From: Microcoleaceae cyanobacterium | GTDB taxonomy: Bacteria > Cyanobacteriota > Cyanobacteriia > Cyanobacteriales > Microcoleaceae | Length of the DNA stretch: 64,000 nucleotides | Direction: 5' to 3' | NCBI GenBank assembly: GCA_051652765.1 | Contig: JBOFUV010000071.1 | Location: 43,437-107,436, forward strand | Shown: positions 51,458-60,822 of the stretch, piece by piece | How positions within the stretch are numbered: the stretch's first letter is position 1 | Layout of the letters: every line of letters starts with the position of its first letter | The notes under the pieces: generated by a model | Told to the model about the DNA's origin: nothing | What the model saw: only the letters and a program-made list of their open reading frames with translations | The model's database searches: none | Made by a program: the position numbers and the translations under genes

Positions 51458-52141
51458 TCATAGCAATCCTCGTTTTTTCAACTTGGCTATAGCATCTTCA
51501 GCAGCTTGTTTTTCTGCATCCTTCTTGCTACGACCTTTACCTTCACCGTAGAGCTTATCATCCACATAAACCTTAGAAAAAAACTCTGGAGCATGATCTG
51601 CTCCACCTAATTTTTCTGTGACATACTTCGGAGGAATCTTTGCCCCATTTGCCTGCGCGAATTCTTGAAACTTATTTTTTGAGTCTACACTTGAACGAAC
51701 TACCATAACGCCTTCAGGTACAGAGTCAAATAGTTGTTTTACTAAAGGACGCAGTGCTTCAATGTCTTGCTTGTTATCCAAATAGTAAGCCCCTATAACG
51801 GCTTCAAAGCTGCTGCTAAGCAGATTTGGATTTTGATAACCGCCCTCACGGATTGCACCTTGCCCTAGTCGCATTCTGAAATCCAATCCAACTTCAATCG
51901 CAAATCTAGCGAGTTGTTTTTCGTCTACAAGGGCTGCTCGTCGTCGTGTCATCTCATCTTCTCCCATTTCAGGATGAACCTGATAAAGGTATTCACCACT
52001 GATGAAATTGAGAATTGCATCACCCAGAAACTCCAGCCGCTCATTATCTCCACCTTCCCCAGGATTTTCATTGATATATGAGCGATGAGTTAGCGATCGG
52101 CGGAGAAGTTTCTCGTCATTAAACATCAAGAGTTTGTGCAT
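51458..52141 (-). CDS. rnc: Ribonuclease III
   Basis: ALTH-like SLTHRSY, NERLEFLGDAIL signature, FEAVIGA, and a C-terminal dsRBD (GKGRSKKDAEKQAA). Confidence 0.93.
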   Translation of the reverse strand: MHKLLMFNDEKLLRRSLTHRSYINENPGEGGDNERLEFLGDAILNFISGEYLYQVHPEMGEDEMTRRRAALVDEKQLARFAIEVGLDFRMRLGQGAIREGGYQNPNLLSSSFEAVIGAYYLDNKQDIEALRPLVKQLFDSVPEGVMVVRSSVDSKNKFQEFAQANGAKIPPKYVTEKLGGADHAPEFFSKVYVDDKLYGEGKGRSKKDAEKQAAEDAIAKLKKRGLL

Positions 52142-52186
52142 TTTTTCCTCATCAAGATTTAGTTTCAGCCAGTATCAATTTATATT

Positions 52187-52939
52187 TTAGGCAGCAAAAA
52201 GATCGGCCTGTAACAACTGAAACGCTTGAGCTTTTCCCTGGACTTTGATGCCAATTAAACCATCTTCAGCAACAGATTCTGCAAACTGCTTAAAACGAGC
52301 AAACTTTTTTCCATTTCCACTTAAAATGGAGAATACACCTTGATAACCCGGAAAATTTTGATTTTTTCGCATCAGTTGGTTAATCATAGAAAACTCAGGG
52401 CATTTACCACCCATAATTGCAGTATAGATTGCCTCAAATAGACATTGAACAGCTTCTTCATAGGTAACCCCAGATGAATTACATAGATCCGAACAAATTG
52501 GCTCTGGCAATTGATCTATAAAACAAAATTCATCTGCACATTCAATCAGTTTCTGTTTGACATTGCCTTTTCGTGCAACAACCAATACCTGATTATTCAA
52601 CCTTCGAATAGTCCGAACTAGGCTCAAAAAATCTCCATCTCCAGACACTATAATGAATAATACATTTGGAGAAAGTGCTGAGGCATCTTGAATACAATCT
52701 GCAATCAATTGATTATCTGCACTGTTCTTTAAAGGACAAGGAACGTCAATAAATTTCAAATCATAATCTCCAAAGACCTCTGGCAGATTGATTTGATCTG
52801 GACATTTTGAATTGTAATAAATGCTGCGAGAAACCAAACTACCTTTAGCTTCTGCATAACTGATCAAATTGTTCATTTCTGATTGCTTTAGCTTTACATT
52901 TTGATAATCAATGTAAAGGTAAACGGAAGTTCCTTTCAT
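52187..52939 (-). CDS. NYN-domain (PIN-like) ribonuclease with C-terminal OST-HTH/LOTUS-like region
   Basis: YIDYQNV, KNSADNQL, IVSGDGDF and ADEF motifs. Confidence 0.85.
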   Translation of the reverse strand: MKGTSVYLYIDYQNVKLKQSEMNNLISYAEAKGSLVSRSIYYNSKCPDQINLPEVFGDYDLKFIDVPCPLKNSADNQLIADCIQDASALSPNVLFIIVSGDGDFLSLVRTIRRLNNQVLVVARKGNVKQKLIECADEFCFIDQLPEPICSDLCNSSGVTYEEAVQCLFEAIYTAIMGGKCPEFSMINQLMRKNQNFPGYQGVFSILSGNGKKFARFKQFAESVAEDGLIGIKVQGKAQAFQLLQADLFAA

Positions 52940-53053
52940 ATTTTGGCTCCTGTTTTAGGATTGTTAACAGCAGCAGACAAATACTGGCTACGAGGATGAA
53001 TCAACTCAGTAAAGAGAAAGCCTAAAGTACCTCTTACCTATTGATTTAATAAC

Positions 53054-53142
53054 CGTCTCAAACACACTATTTCAAACCCTTACAGAAGCGCATTGATAGA
53101 TCACGCACTAATGTAAGACTTGGAAATAGTAGTCATGAGACG
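53054..53142 (-). promoter_or_regulatory. Long imperfect hairpin in the putative leader of NYN-rnc
   Basis: CGTCTCA/TGAGACG outer stem, 16/19-bp inner stem (53066..53084 with 53112..53130), and a GCG/CGC + TGA/TCA cap. Confidence 0.6.
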
Positions 53143-53283
53143 AACATCTAAGTATTGATATTCACCTACACTGTTTAGATTGAAACACAGCAAACTCTGA
53201 TTGTCAAGATCGAAAACGCAAGACAATCTTGCATTTCATTCCTATGAGTATTTTTGGCTTGTGCCCTCACAGATAACTCAGAG

Positions 53284-53367
53284 GGCTAACGGTTGAACTC
53301 ACCCGCCACCAACAGCTTCAGAATTAATCCAATGCTATTGCAGGTCGGGTGCAGTGATTTGTTAGCT
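53284..53367 (+). other. attC-like integron cassette recombination site
   Basis: GCTAAC...GTTAGC ends, inner CACCCG/CGGGTG pairing with unpaired bases, about 84 bp long. Confidence 0.7.
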
Positions 53368-53445
53368 TGACTTGGGCGAGCTGACTGTCTCTTAACATTG
53401 TGATGGAAGATGTTACTGTTAGCTCAACTTGTATTAAATCAATCC

Positions 53446-53525
53446 GGCGTTGCTGAATAGCAGTATGAGCCTCCCTTTGCCCTCTAATTCTGGGGGAACC
53501 AGACCATCAAAGTCCCCCAATTTTG
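53446..53525. repeat. Third GGCGTTGCTGAA-family element (interrupted)
   Basis: GGCGTTGCTGAATAGCAGTATGAGC closely resembles the start of 47236. Confidence 0.6.
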
Positions 53526-53662
53526 GGCAGGGCTGATTCGTTGTCTTGAGAGAAAATCTGAAAGCATTGAAAACTCGTTTAGCTCTGCTCAAATGTCACT
53601 TTCACAGAAACGCAGTAATCAACCTTTCAGAAATTCTCTGGTGAACGTGAATCAGCCCTGCC
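53526..53662. mobile_element. 137-bp MITE with perfect 14-bp terminal inverted repeats
   Basis: GGCAGGGCTGATTC...GAATCAGCCCTGCC; non-coding interior; no clear target duplication. Confidence 0.65.
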
Positions 53663-53729
53663 TTGGCCAGGAGAGAACGGGAGGGATCATCCGGGTTACT
53701 GGCTGCTATGGCTGCAACCGGATTGAGGA

Positions 53730-54689
53730 TTAAACGTTCAAAGCCTTCAAGACCGTCTCATGAATGACACCGTTGCTGACAATAACTCCCTGGCTATCCA
53801 TCATCTTAGGGCGGGAGGCAAAATCTAGGGCCTTGCCGTGCATATCCGTAACTTTTCCACCCGCTTCTTCAACCACAATGGCCCCAGCCGCATGATCCCA
53901 AATATTCTCGCGGTAGTCTGGATATTTGGGGGAAGGCAGGCGCAGATACAGGGCCGCTTGTCCTGCAGCCACTGATCCATATTTTGCCTGAGAATCCATC
54001 CGTACAGATGGCGTAGTAATGCCCACCGCTTGAGCGATCGCATTTTGTCGCTCTTGATCACCGTGGCTGGATTCAACGCTTTCTACAAATCGCATATTAG
54101 CCGTGTCGTCTGCTTTTACAACCTGAATAGACGTGTATTCCCCAGTCGCAAAGGGCATCATCATGGCTCCCTCACCCCGAACAGCAACAAACAACATTCC
54201 AGGGGCTTGACCCTCAACGGGATAGGCTGGACAGCCCATAATTCCGACTTTGACTTCTCCGTCTTCAATCAAGGCTAGGGCGATCGCATACTGATCTTGG
54301 CGCAAAAATCCTTTGGTGCCATCAATGGGATCAAGTGTCCAGAATCGCTGACCGACATTGCCATTGCCATGATTAATCCAGGTGATCACCTGTTCCGAAT
54401 TGGCATCCGGTAAAACACCCCTGACATATTCTGTAATCTTCGCCAAGTTATTTGCCATTGCTGGCGTTTTTAATTCAGTTGCGTCTTCTTCGCCAACAAC
54501 TGGATCGGTGGGAAAGGATTCCAATAAAGCTTTGCAAATAATTGCCTGGGAGCCAAAATCTGCTACGGTTACTGGGCTTTTATCCTCCTTTTCCATGGCG
54601 GCTGGGATATCTTGTCGAACCTGCTCGCACAATTTAGCAGCATCTAATACGGCTGCAACGGCAACTTGTTTCTCGCGATCGTAGGCCAT
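53730..54689 (-). CDS. 3'(2'),5'-bisphosphate nucleotidase (HAL2/SAL1-like)
   Basis: SPVTVAD, GEE, LDPIDGTKGF, DSQAKY and WDHAAG motifs. Confidence 0.92.
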   Translation of the reverse strand: MAYDREKQVAVAAVLDAAKLCEQVRQDIPAAMEKEDKSPVTVADFGSQAIICKALLESFPTDPVVGEEDATELKTPAMANNLAKITEYVRGVLPDANSEQVITWINHGNGNVGQRFWTLDPIDGTKGFLRQDQYAIALALIEDGEVKVGIMGCPAYPVEGQAPGMLFVAVRGEGAMMMPFATGEYTSIQVVKADDTANMRFVESVESSHGDQERQNAIAQAVGITTPSVRMDSQAKYGSVAAGQAALYLRLPSPKYPDYRENIWDHAAGAIVVEEAGGKVTDMHGKALDFASRPKMMDSQGVIVSNGVIHETVLKALNV

Positions 54690-54726
54690 AAATTCTCCTG
54701 CTGTCAGCTATACCGAGTATAGCCGA

Positions 54727-56481
54727 TTAATTTCTTCGTCCATCTCGATTGGGTTTTGGAGCTTTCTCAGGGTCTGCTAATGGCTCAGGGCTGATGGGTT
54801 TAGCGGATTGGGCAAAGTGTTTGTAAACGGTTCTGGAAATGTCACGAATTAAAGACTCTGCGGCTGTATCGCCGTCGGATCGCTCCACCAACACGGCCAA
54901 CAAGTAACGTTTACCACTAGGCATATCAATCAGCCCAACATCCGCCGCGACAGATTTGAGGTTCCCCGTTTTATGGGCGGCGATCGCTCCTTCTCCCAGG
55001 CCGCTGGGAATTAAGGCATCATTTTCAGTTTGTTGCAGAATGTGGAGGGCGCGATCACGAGATTTCATGGAAACTAACCCGCCCTGATTCAGTTGAGTCA
55101 GAAGATTCACGAGGTCACGGGAACTGGTTTTATTCGTGCCTTTCAGGTCAGGCAAGGGGTTGCGAAGGGCTGTATCACTGAGTCCCCAGTCGGCGAACTT
55201 TTGGTTGAGGGCCTCAGTCCCGCCTAAGCGTTCGAGCAGAATGTTGGTTGCTGTGTTGTCGCTGATCGTGATCATTTTGGTGGCAATATTTAAAGCCGTG
55301 TATTGGGTTCCAGGAGGACGATGTTGCAAGTCTCCCGATCCAGTAGCAATGTGTTTGTCTTCCAAGGTTAGCTTTTCATCCAGTTGAATCTGTCCCTGAT
55401 CAACCGCTTGAAAAAACGCTATGAGAATCGGAACTTTGATGGTGCTGGCCGCAGCCATGGCTGATTTGCTATTGAGGTCAATGTAGGAACCTGTGTCTAG
55501 ATCAACCATGAGAATTCCGGGCTTCAGGTTCGGTTCCGCACTGACTAAATCCTGGATTTCTTGTTTCAGGGGTTTAAGCTCTTGGTTGAGTTGTAGGGCC
55601 AAGGGCAAGGCTTCAATCCGCATCTGCTGAGAACTGGATTCTGATTGAGCTTCTACCTTCAGGGCTGGATTAGAATTGGCTTCAGCGCTAGGCAGTTGGC
55701 TCATGGAGTTCAGGACAGAAAGGACTGTGCCAGAAATCACCCCAATGCCAATCCCCAAAATTAATAACCGAATTCCATACACTACTGGAGAAGTTGGGCG
55801 TTTTCGAGGACGAAGATTTGCTGACGGTTTGGCCTGAACCTGCTGGGTTTGCAATGGTTTGGACTGAACCTGCCTCACCTGAGCCTTGTCTGGTGGAACT
55901 CGTTTTGTTTCAGCCTTCCTTTTGCGAGGATTGAGGGGAACTACCCTGGGGTTACTGGGGTTACCTATACTGGGGTTACCAACACTTGAGTGACCTATAC
56001 TGACAACATTTTTGATTGCGGTAGATGGCAGTTCGACCGGCTGACGCGGAAAACGAGGGCGATGATCAGGGATCTCCTCGGGCCTAGGGGACTGATCCCG
56101 ATAAGGGGTTTGAGGAATGGACTGTTGACGAGACTGTCGTTGCTGTTGCAGTTTTGAGAGCAGTGTGTCTAGCTTTTCAGAAGCTGAAGAAAAGGTATTG
56201 GGATCTGGCTCTTCCCAAGAGTTGAGATGTTGACGAAAATCAAAAGCGGGAGAAGCACCAACCGGGTGATCATCACGAGAATAACGACGACGAGCCGAAG
56301 GGATCTGCGAATTGAGATAAGTTGAATTTGAGCCTACCAAATTTGAACCGGCTGAGTTTGAGCTGGTCAAATTTGGATCTACTCCATCCGAATGGTTCAA
56401 GGGCAACTGGCTAGATTGAGCACTCGACCGAGACCGATTGAAGAAAGAAAAGATTGACTGTCTAGGAGACCGCTGAGCCAC
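54727..56481 (-). CDS. Class A beta-lactamase-like serine hydrolase with long disordered N-terminus and TM anchor
   Basis: SxxK (ASTIK), SDN and HKTG motifs. Confidence 0.88.
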   Translation of the reverse strand: MAQRSPRQSIFSFFNRSRSSAQSSQLPLNHSDGVDPNLTSSNSAGSNLVGSNSTYLNSQIPSARRRYSRDDHPVGASPAFDFRQHLNSWEEPDPNTFSSASEKLDTLLSKLQQQRQSRQQSIPQTPYRDQSPRPEEIPDHRPRFPRQPVELPSTAIKNVVSIGHSSVGNPSIGNPSNPRVVPLNPRKRKAETKRVPPDKAQVRQVQSKPLQTQQVQAKPSANLRPRKRPTSPVVYGIRLLILGIGIGVISGTVLSVLNSMSQLPSAEANSNPALKVEAQSESSSQQMRIEALPLALQLNQELKPLKQEIQDLVSAEPNLKPGILMVDLDTGSYIDLNSKSAMAAASTIKVPILIAFFQAVDQGQIQLDEKLTLEDKHIATGSGDLQHRPPGTQYTALNIATKMITISDNTATNILLERLGGTEALNQKFADWGLSDTALRNPLPDLKGTNKTSSRDLVNLLTQLNQGGLVSMKSRDRALHILQQTENDALIPSGLGEGAIAAHKTGNLKSVAADVGLIDMPSGKRYLLAVLVERSDGDTAAESLIRDISRTVYKHFAQSAKPISPEPLADPEKAPKPNRDGRRN

Positions 56482-56678
56482 ACTTACACACCTAAACTGA
56501 GATTGAATTCAAGCACAAGAATCTAAAGATCACAAAGGAAGAGCTTTTCAAATCCTTGAGTCGTGAGCTAGACAACATTGTAAAACAACAGTGTAGAACT
56601 ACTCCTAAGAAAACTTGGAGATGTCTTTAGGGGATCATCAACGTTGCCTAGGTTCTGGGAGCCTTCTTTGGAACCTCT

Positions 56679-57470
56679 CTAAGAACTTCTTAGCGCCCAC
56701 TCTACTTGAGTAAAGATCCCCCTCAACATAGCAACTTCCGTTGTGGATAGATTAGCACGGTTGAACAAACGTCGAAACTTTTCCATCCGACTCTTTGCAG
56801 TATGGGGATAGAGATAACCAATTTTTAGCAAAACAGACTCTAGTTGTTGATAGTATTCCTCGAGGGCTTCCAAAGGGGCAGATGCTTCAGTCAGTTGAGT
56901 AGAAAAGGCTAAAGGAGAGCTGAAAGAGACTTGATCCTCGCAGTTGATTGTTTGATCAGGACTGCTGATTGAGCTAACCCGTTGATACAGCTCATAACAA
57001 CAGACTGCAACAGATTGGGCTAGGTTCAACGAAGGATAAATCGGATTGGCTGGAATCTGCACAAACCGTTGAGCATAGTTGAGTTCTGGGTTGCTCAACC
57101 CTCGATCCTCTGGGCCAAAGATCAAGGCAGCGGGGCACTCTAAGAGCCAAGGTAAAGCGATTTTCGGCGGTTCTAGGGGAGTTCCTGGCGATCGCTCGCG
57201 ACTCGTTGTGGCGATCGCTCGCTGGCAGCCTTGTAGAGCTTCTGGAATCGTTGCAACCCTGATGGCTGTTTCCAAAATATCGATGGCGTGAACTGCCATT
57301 TTTCGGGCCTCGTCTCCGAGGGGATCACAGCGAGGATTGACCAAGACTAGATGAGAAAGGCCCATATTCTTCATCACTCGTGCAGTAGACCCGACATTTA
57401 ATCCTCCTGCAGGTTCTACTAAAACAATTCGGATTCCTAGTAAGGCGGCATCGCCTGCAAGTTGCGTCAT
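56679..57470 (-). CDS. trmJ: TrmJ/LasT-family SPOUT RNA methyltransferase
   Basis: NVGSTARVMKNMG, FGPEDRGLSN and SLNLAQSV motifs. Confidence 0.88.
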   Translation of the reverse strand: MTQLAGDAALLGIRIVLVEPAGGLNVGSTARVMKNMGLSHLVLVNPRCDPLGDEARKMAVHAIDILETAIRVATIPEALQGCQRAIATTSRERSPGTPLEPPKIALPWLLECPAALIFGPEDRGLSNPELNYAQRFVQIPANPIYPSLNLAQSVAVCCYELYQRVSSISSPDQTINCEDQVSFSSPLAFSTQLTEASAPLEALEEYYQQLESVLLKIGYLYPHTAKSRMEKFRRLFNRANLSTTEVAMLRGIFTQVEWALRSS

Positions 57471-57579
57471 CGTTGATTTACAGTTACGGCAATTTTTTAA
57501 TGTCTGATCTCTGATGTCTCAGACAAGCAGGAAGGGTTAACTTATGCTACGTTGCTAAAGGCAGTTTACATAGATTAGC

Positions 57580-57738
57580 ATGGCACGCCAGAAGTCCAAG
57601 TCTGACTTGCCCCTTAAAGTTTGTATCGTTTGTGGTCGTCCCTTCACTTGGCGCAAAAAGTGGGCAGCGTGCTGGGAAGATGTGAAGTACTGTTCAGAAC
57701 GCTGCCGCCGTCGGCGAAATCAGGCGACTGAGGAATAA
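57580..57738 (+). CDS. DUF2256-family small Cys-rich protein (not in ORF track)
   Basis: Manual translation: [52 protein letters not shown]. Confidence 0.88.
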   Translation: MARQKSKSDLPLKVCIVCGRPFTWRKKWAACWEDVKYCSERCRRRRNQATEE

Positions 57739-57801
57739 CGCCAAAGCCTGTACCAAATTCTGATTTTAGGCGTTGTTCAATGTTTGTCGCTGATTTGATC
57801 G

Positions 57802-57855
57802 CTGATTAAATTACTGATTAAATTACTGATTAAATTACTGATTAAAGTGCTGATT
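57802..57855. repeat. 12-bp tandem repeat (CTGATTAAATTA, about 4 copies)
   Basis: Read directly from the sequence. Confidence 0.85.
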
Positions 57856-57874
57856 TAGAGGAGGCACTGGAGAG

Positions 57875-58354
57875 ATGTCTCCACCCCAAATTGATATTGG
57901 ATATATTCCCACTCCTCTGGACGCAGTTTGTGTTGCGCTAGAGCTCGCAGAGATAGCTGAACAGGATATTCTCTACGATTTGGGTTGTGGGGATGGGCGA
58001 GTAGTTGTGACTGCTGCCCAGCGATTTGGTGCTCAGGCTGTGGGGATTGATATTGACCCTGTCCGAATTCAAACAGCCCTAGAGAATGGCAAAAAGGCTG
58101 GAGTCAGCCATCAAGTTAGGTTTTACCAACAGAATCTGTTTGAGTGTGAGTTTGGGGAGGCAACGGTTGTATTTCTTTATCTGCTACCCCACCTGAATTT
58201 AAGGCTGAAACCCAAGTTGCTAGAACAATTAAAGCCGGGAAGTCGAATTATTTCCCGCGATTTTGACTTCGGCGAGTGGCAACCTGAAAAAACGATTTAC
58301 CTGCCCAATGGGGAGGAAGAATGCACCTTACTGCGTTGGACAATCCCCAAATGA
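57875..58354 (+). CDS. Class I SAM-dependent methyltransferase
   Basis: YIPTP, YDLGCGDGR, GIDID and LKPGSRIIS motifs; GGAGG site upstream. Confidence 0.9.
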   Translation: MSPPQIDIGYIPTPLDAVCVALELAEIAEQDILYDLGCGDGRVVVTAAQRFGAQAVGIDIDPVRIQTALENGKKAGVSHQVRFYQQNLFECEFGEATVVFLYLLPHLNLRLKPKLLEQLKPGSRIISRDFDFGEWQPEKTIYLPNGEEECTLLRWTIPK

Positions 58355-58520
58355 GACCCTAGTATCCATCGGCTCAAGTCAATGTGATTTAAATCACTTT
58401 TTGGGCGCACTGAACTCACAAGAGAGGTGCTGTCAACTTCACAAGCCTGGTGTTGGATCAGTCACTTTCTAAAATCAAAAAACCTAGGACAATAAGAGGT
58501 GTTGAGTTTGATGACTCCCT

Positions 58521-58730
58521 GTGCCTCAATTAGCCTTACTACCTGGAGCTGTGAATGAGATCCTAGCTGCCGCCTCTGACACAAAGCTACTGACTGAAGC
58601 AGACCGTTATGGACTGATGGCCGCTATTTTAGATGGTTCTCTAACTGAAGATGACCATCGCTCTATTAACCGATTGTTGCGTGCTGTCCTGCGAGGGCAC
58701 GTTCAATTTGAGCCTCGCCCATCTAGCTGA
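58521..58730 (+). CDS. Small hypothetical protein
   Basis: LTEADRYGLMAAIL...RLLRAV.RG pattern resembles small cyanobacterial proteins. Confidence 0.6.
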   Translation: MPQLALLPGAVNEILAAASDTKLLTEADRYGLMAAILDGSLTEDDHRSINRLLRAVLRGHVQFEPRPSS

Positions 58731-58793
58731 TCGGAGAGATAAGACCCTTCACATTGAATCAAATTACCCATTTAGAGGGATTTGATTTTGCTG

Positions 58794-60080
58794 CTATGGC
58801 TTAGGCTGAATCCAAACTTTCATCCCCTCAACTCGCAACGCTTGGCCTCGAGTCCCGCAGTATTGACCCTGGGTACAGACTGGAACATCCCCTTTATTCT
58901 GAACATGGGCCGTGTAAAAAACGTCATAGTTTGTGGCTTGAGGGCCAGTCAATTCAATCGCAAACCCTTCAATTTGCCGTCCTTTACCCCGTTCACCGAC
59001 TAACTGCCCTGCGGGAGTCATGGGAGTATCTCCGACACCGGAAATATGGGCTTGGTATTGTAAGTTCAACCCTGAAATCGGGGGAAACAGACTAATCTGA
59101 AAAGCCTCAACTCGCCGACCTTGACCTCGGGTTCCAGCATATTCCTGGGCTCCAAACTCCCGATCCCCTAGACCTTGTAAATGCACAAGTACTTTGAGTC
59201 CCACGGCAGAAAGACTTCCAGACCTAGGTGCATTGCCTTGAAGCGCAAGATTCCCAAATACAATATTTCTGTTGTCTAGTTTGTTGTCTAGTTTGTTGTC
59301 CAGTGTTGGGGGAGTTTTAAGCAATTCTATACTGGGGACAATAATCACGTCTTGAGGAGCAGCCGCCGTGGGCTCCTCAAGAATCACAATATCTGAGGAA
59401 ACGACGGTCTGTCGAACTGGAGTTGGAGCAGTGAGGGTGACTAACGGTTGCGGGTCAACCTTAGGGCGAACGGCAAGGGCAGGAGCAACCTTGCCGCGCG
59501 AGACGGCGATCGCCAAAGGCTTACCAAAATCTGCTTCTATTTTTTCTTCTAGCATGAGCCACTGGGCATCATCCAAATTGTCCTGATAATGCACTAAAGT
59601 CACTAAAGCTGACAGAGGATGGTTTCCCTTGACAAGAGCTTCTGCTTCTAGGGGCAGGGCTAGGGGTGAAGTCTGGGTGATGGTCACCTGGAGTTCCCGA
59701 GCCTTGGCTTTGGCTATCTCTAAAGCGGGGAGTTCTTTCTGCTCACGATGCTCTAAGGTCAACACTTGCTCTAAAATACTCAGGGCATTCTGATAGGTCG
59801 CTTGCTCCTGTTGAGGTTTCACCTGATCCTGTACTTTTTTCTCCAGATCTTTCAGTGACAGTTCCTCAACACTCCCGGATGGATCATCAGCCACAACCTG
59901 TTGTTGAAGCTGACTAAAATCTCGATTGTATTTGACAAGCTCCCCTAGCATTTTTTCTGATAGAGGTTTGCCCGTCTTCTGCAACTGTTGTGCTGCTTGA
60001 GCAAGGCGATCGCCCAGACTAAAATGACGTGTTGACAGTGCAGTAAGTTGTTGTAGCAAGTTCTGGTGAGCAGGCTCCAC
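58794..60080 (-). CDS. Helical protein with three C-terminal ChW-like repeats
   Basis: Three repeats of H(L/I/V)xxxGD...G(T/E)RG...(V/I)E(A/G)xxI/V; GGAGG site before a GTG start. Confidence 0.75.
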   Translation of the reverse strand: MEPAHQNLLQQLTALSTRHFSLGDRLAQAAQQLQKTGKPLSEKMLGELVKYNRDFSQLQQQVVADDPSGSVEELSLKDLEKKVQDQVKPQQEQATYQNALSILEQVLTLEHREQKELPALEIAKAKARELQVTITQTSPLALPLEAEALVKGNHPLSALVTLVHYQDNLDDAQWLMLEEKIEADFGKPLAIAVSRGKVAPALAVRPKVDPQPLVTLTAPTPVRQTVVSSDIVILEEPTAAAPQDVIIVPSIELLKTPPTLDNKLDNKLDNRNIVFGNLALQGNAPRSGSLSAVGLKVLVHLQGLGDREFGAQEYAGTRGQGRRVEAFQISLFPPISGLNLQYQAHISGVGDTPMTPAGQLVGERGKGRQIEGFAIELTGPQATNYDVFYTAHVQNKGDVPVCTQGQYCGTRGQALRVEGMKVWIQPKP

Positions 60081-60498
60081 AGTGTTATCCTCCTTAACTT
60101 CCCAGGATATTGGTCATAGGGGCTTCCTGGTTGGATGTCTGTTCTTTGAATACCCTAAGAACCCTAATCTTGATCTAGCTGAGGTGAAGACTGAGCTGAG
60201 ATGAAAAGGGAGGTTAAACCGAGACAGTTGAGACCAAGACCATCCTATCACTCTCTTGCCTTTACCTGATTTTCTAACGGTTAGGATGTCTTGTACTCCT
60301 TTCCGTAAGAGGGTTTATACAAATAGATTCAACCGGATTCTCTAATCACATTCTAAGATCATGTTCTAACTCTGCATACCGATACCCTACCTCTCCTATT
60401 GAGATCACAGCGGATAACAGGTCTGAATCACAGCACCACTTGTCAAGATCCTTAATACTTAAATATTAGGGGTAAGTCAGGTTGCATAGGGGGAAATT

Positions 60499-60711
60499 AT
60501 GAGCTTGATTTGTGTGATGGTAAGGCAAATTCTGGAGACTAGTTATTTAAGTGTTGAAGCTGAGGGCAGGCTGAGACAGGTACTAAAAACTAGTCACTAC
60601 GATAGGGAGGACTTTGATGCTTTGGTTACACTGCAGCTTGCTGCAATGACAGGCAGAGTAACGCAAGAATCCCGAGAATTGCTAGAGCGAGACTTACTCC
60701 TACAACAGTAA
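60499..60711 (+). CDS. Small hypothetical protein
   Basis: ATG follows a GGGGG purine run; YLSVEAE..LR...LQ.A.M.G.V.QESR pattern. Confidence 0.65.
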   Translation: MSLICVMVRQILETSYLSVEAEGRLRQVLKTSHYDREDFDALVTLQLAAMTGRVTQESRELLERDLLLQQ

Positions 60712-60822
60712 GCTCAAGCAATTCGATTAAGGATTAAATTCCGAATCGAGTCAAACGTTCAGAATTTGTTTGCCATTGCCTGAGGGGAAAGATGACGCAA
60801 AGATGAAGACCCTTAAAGAGCG

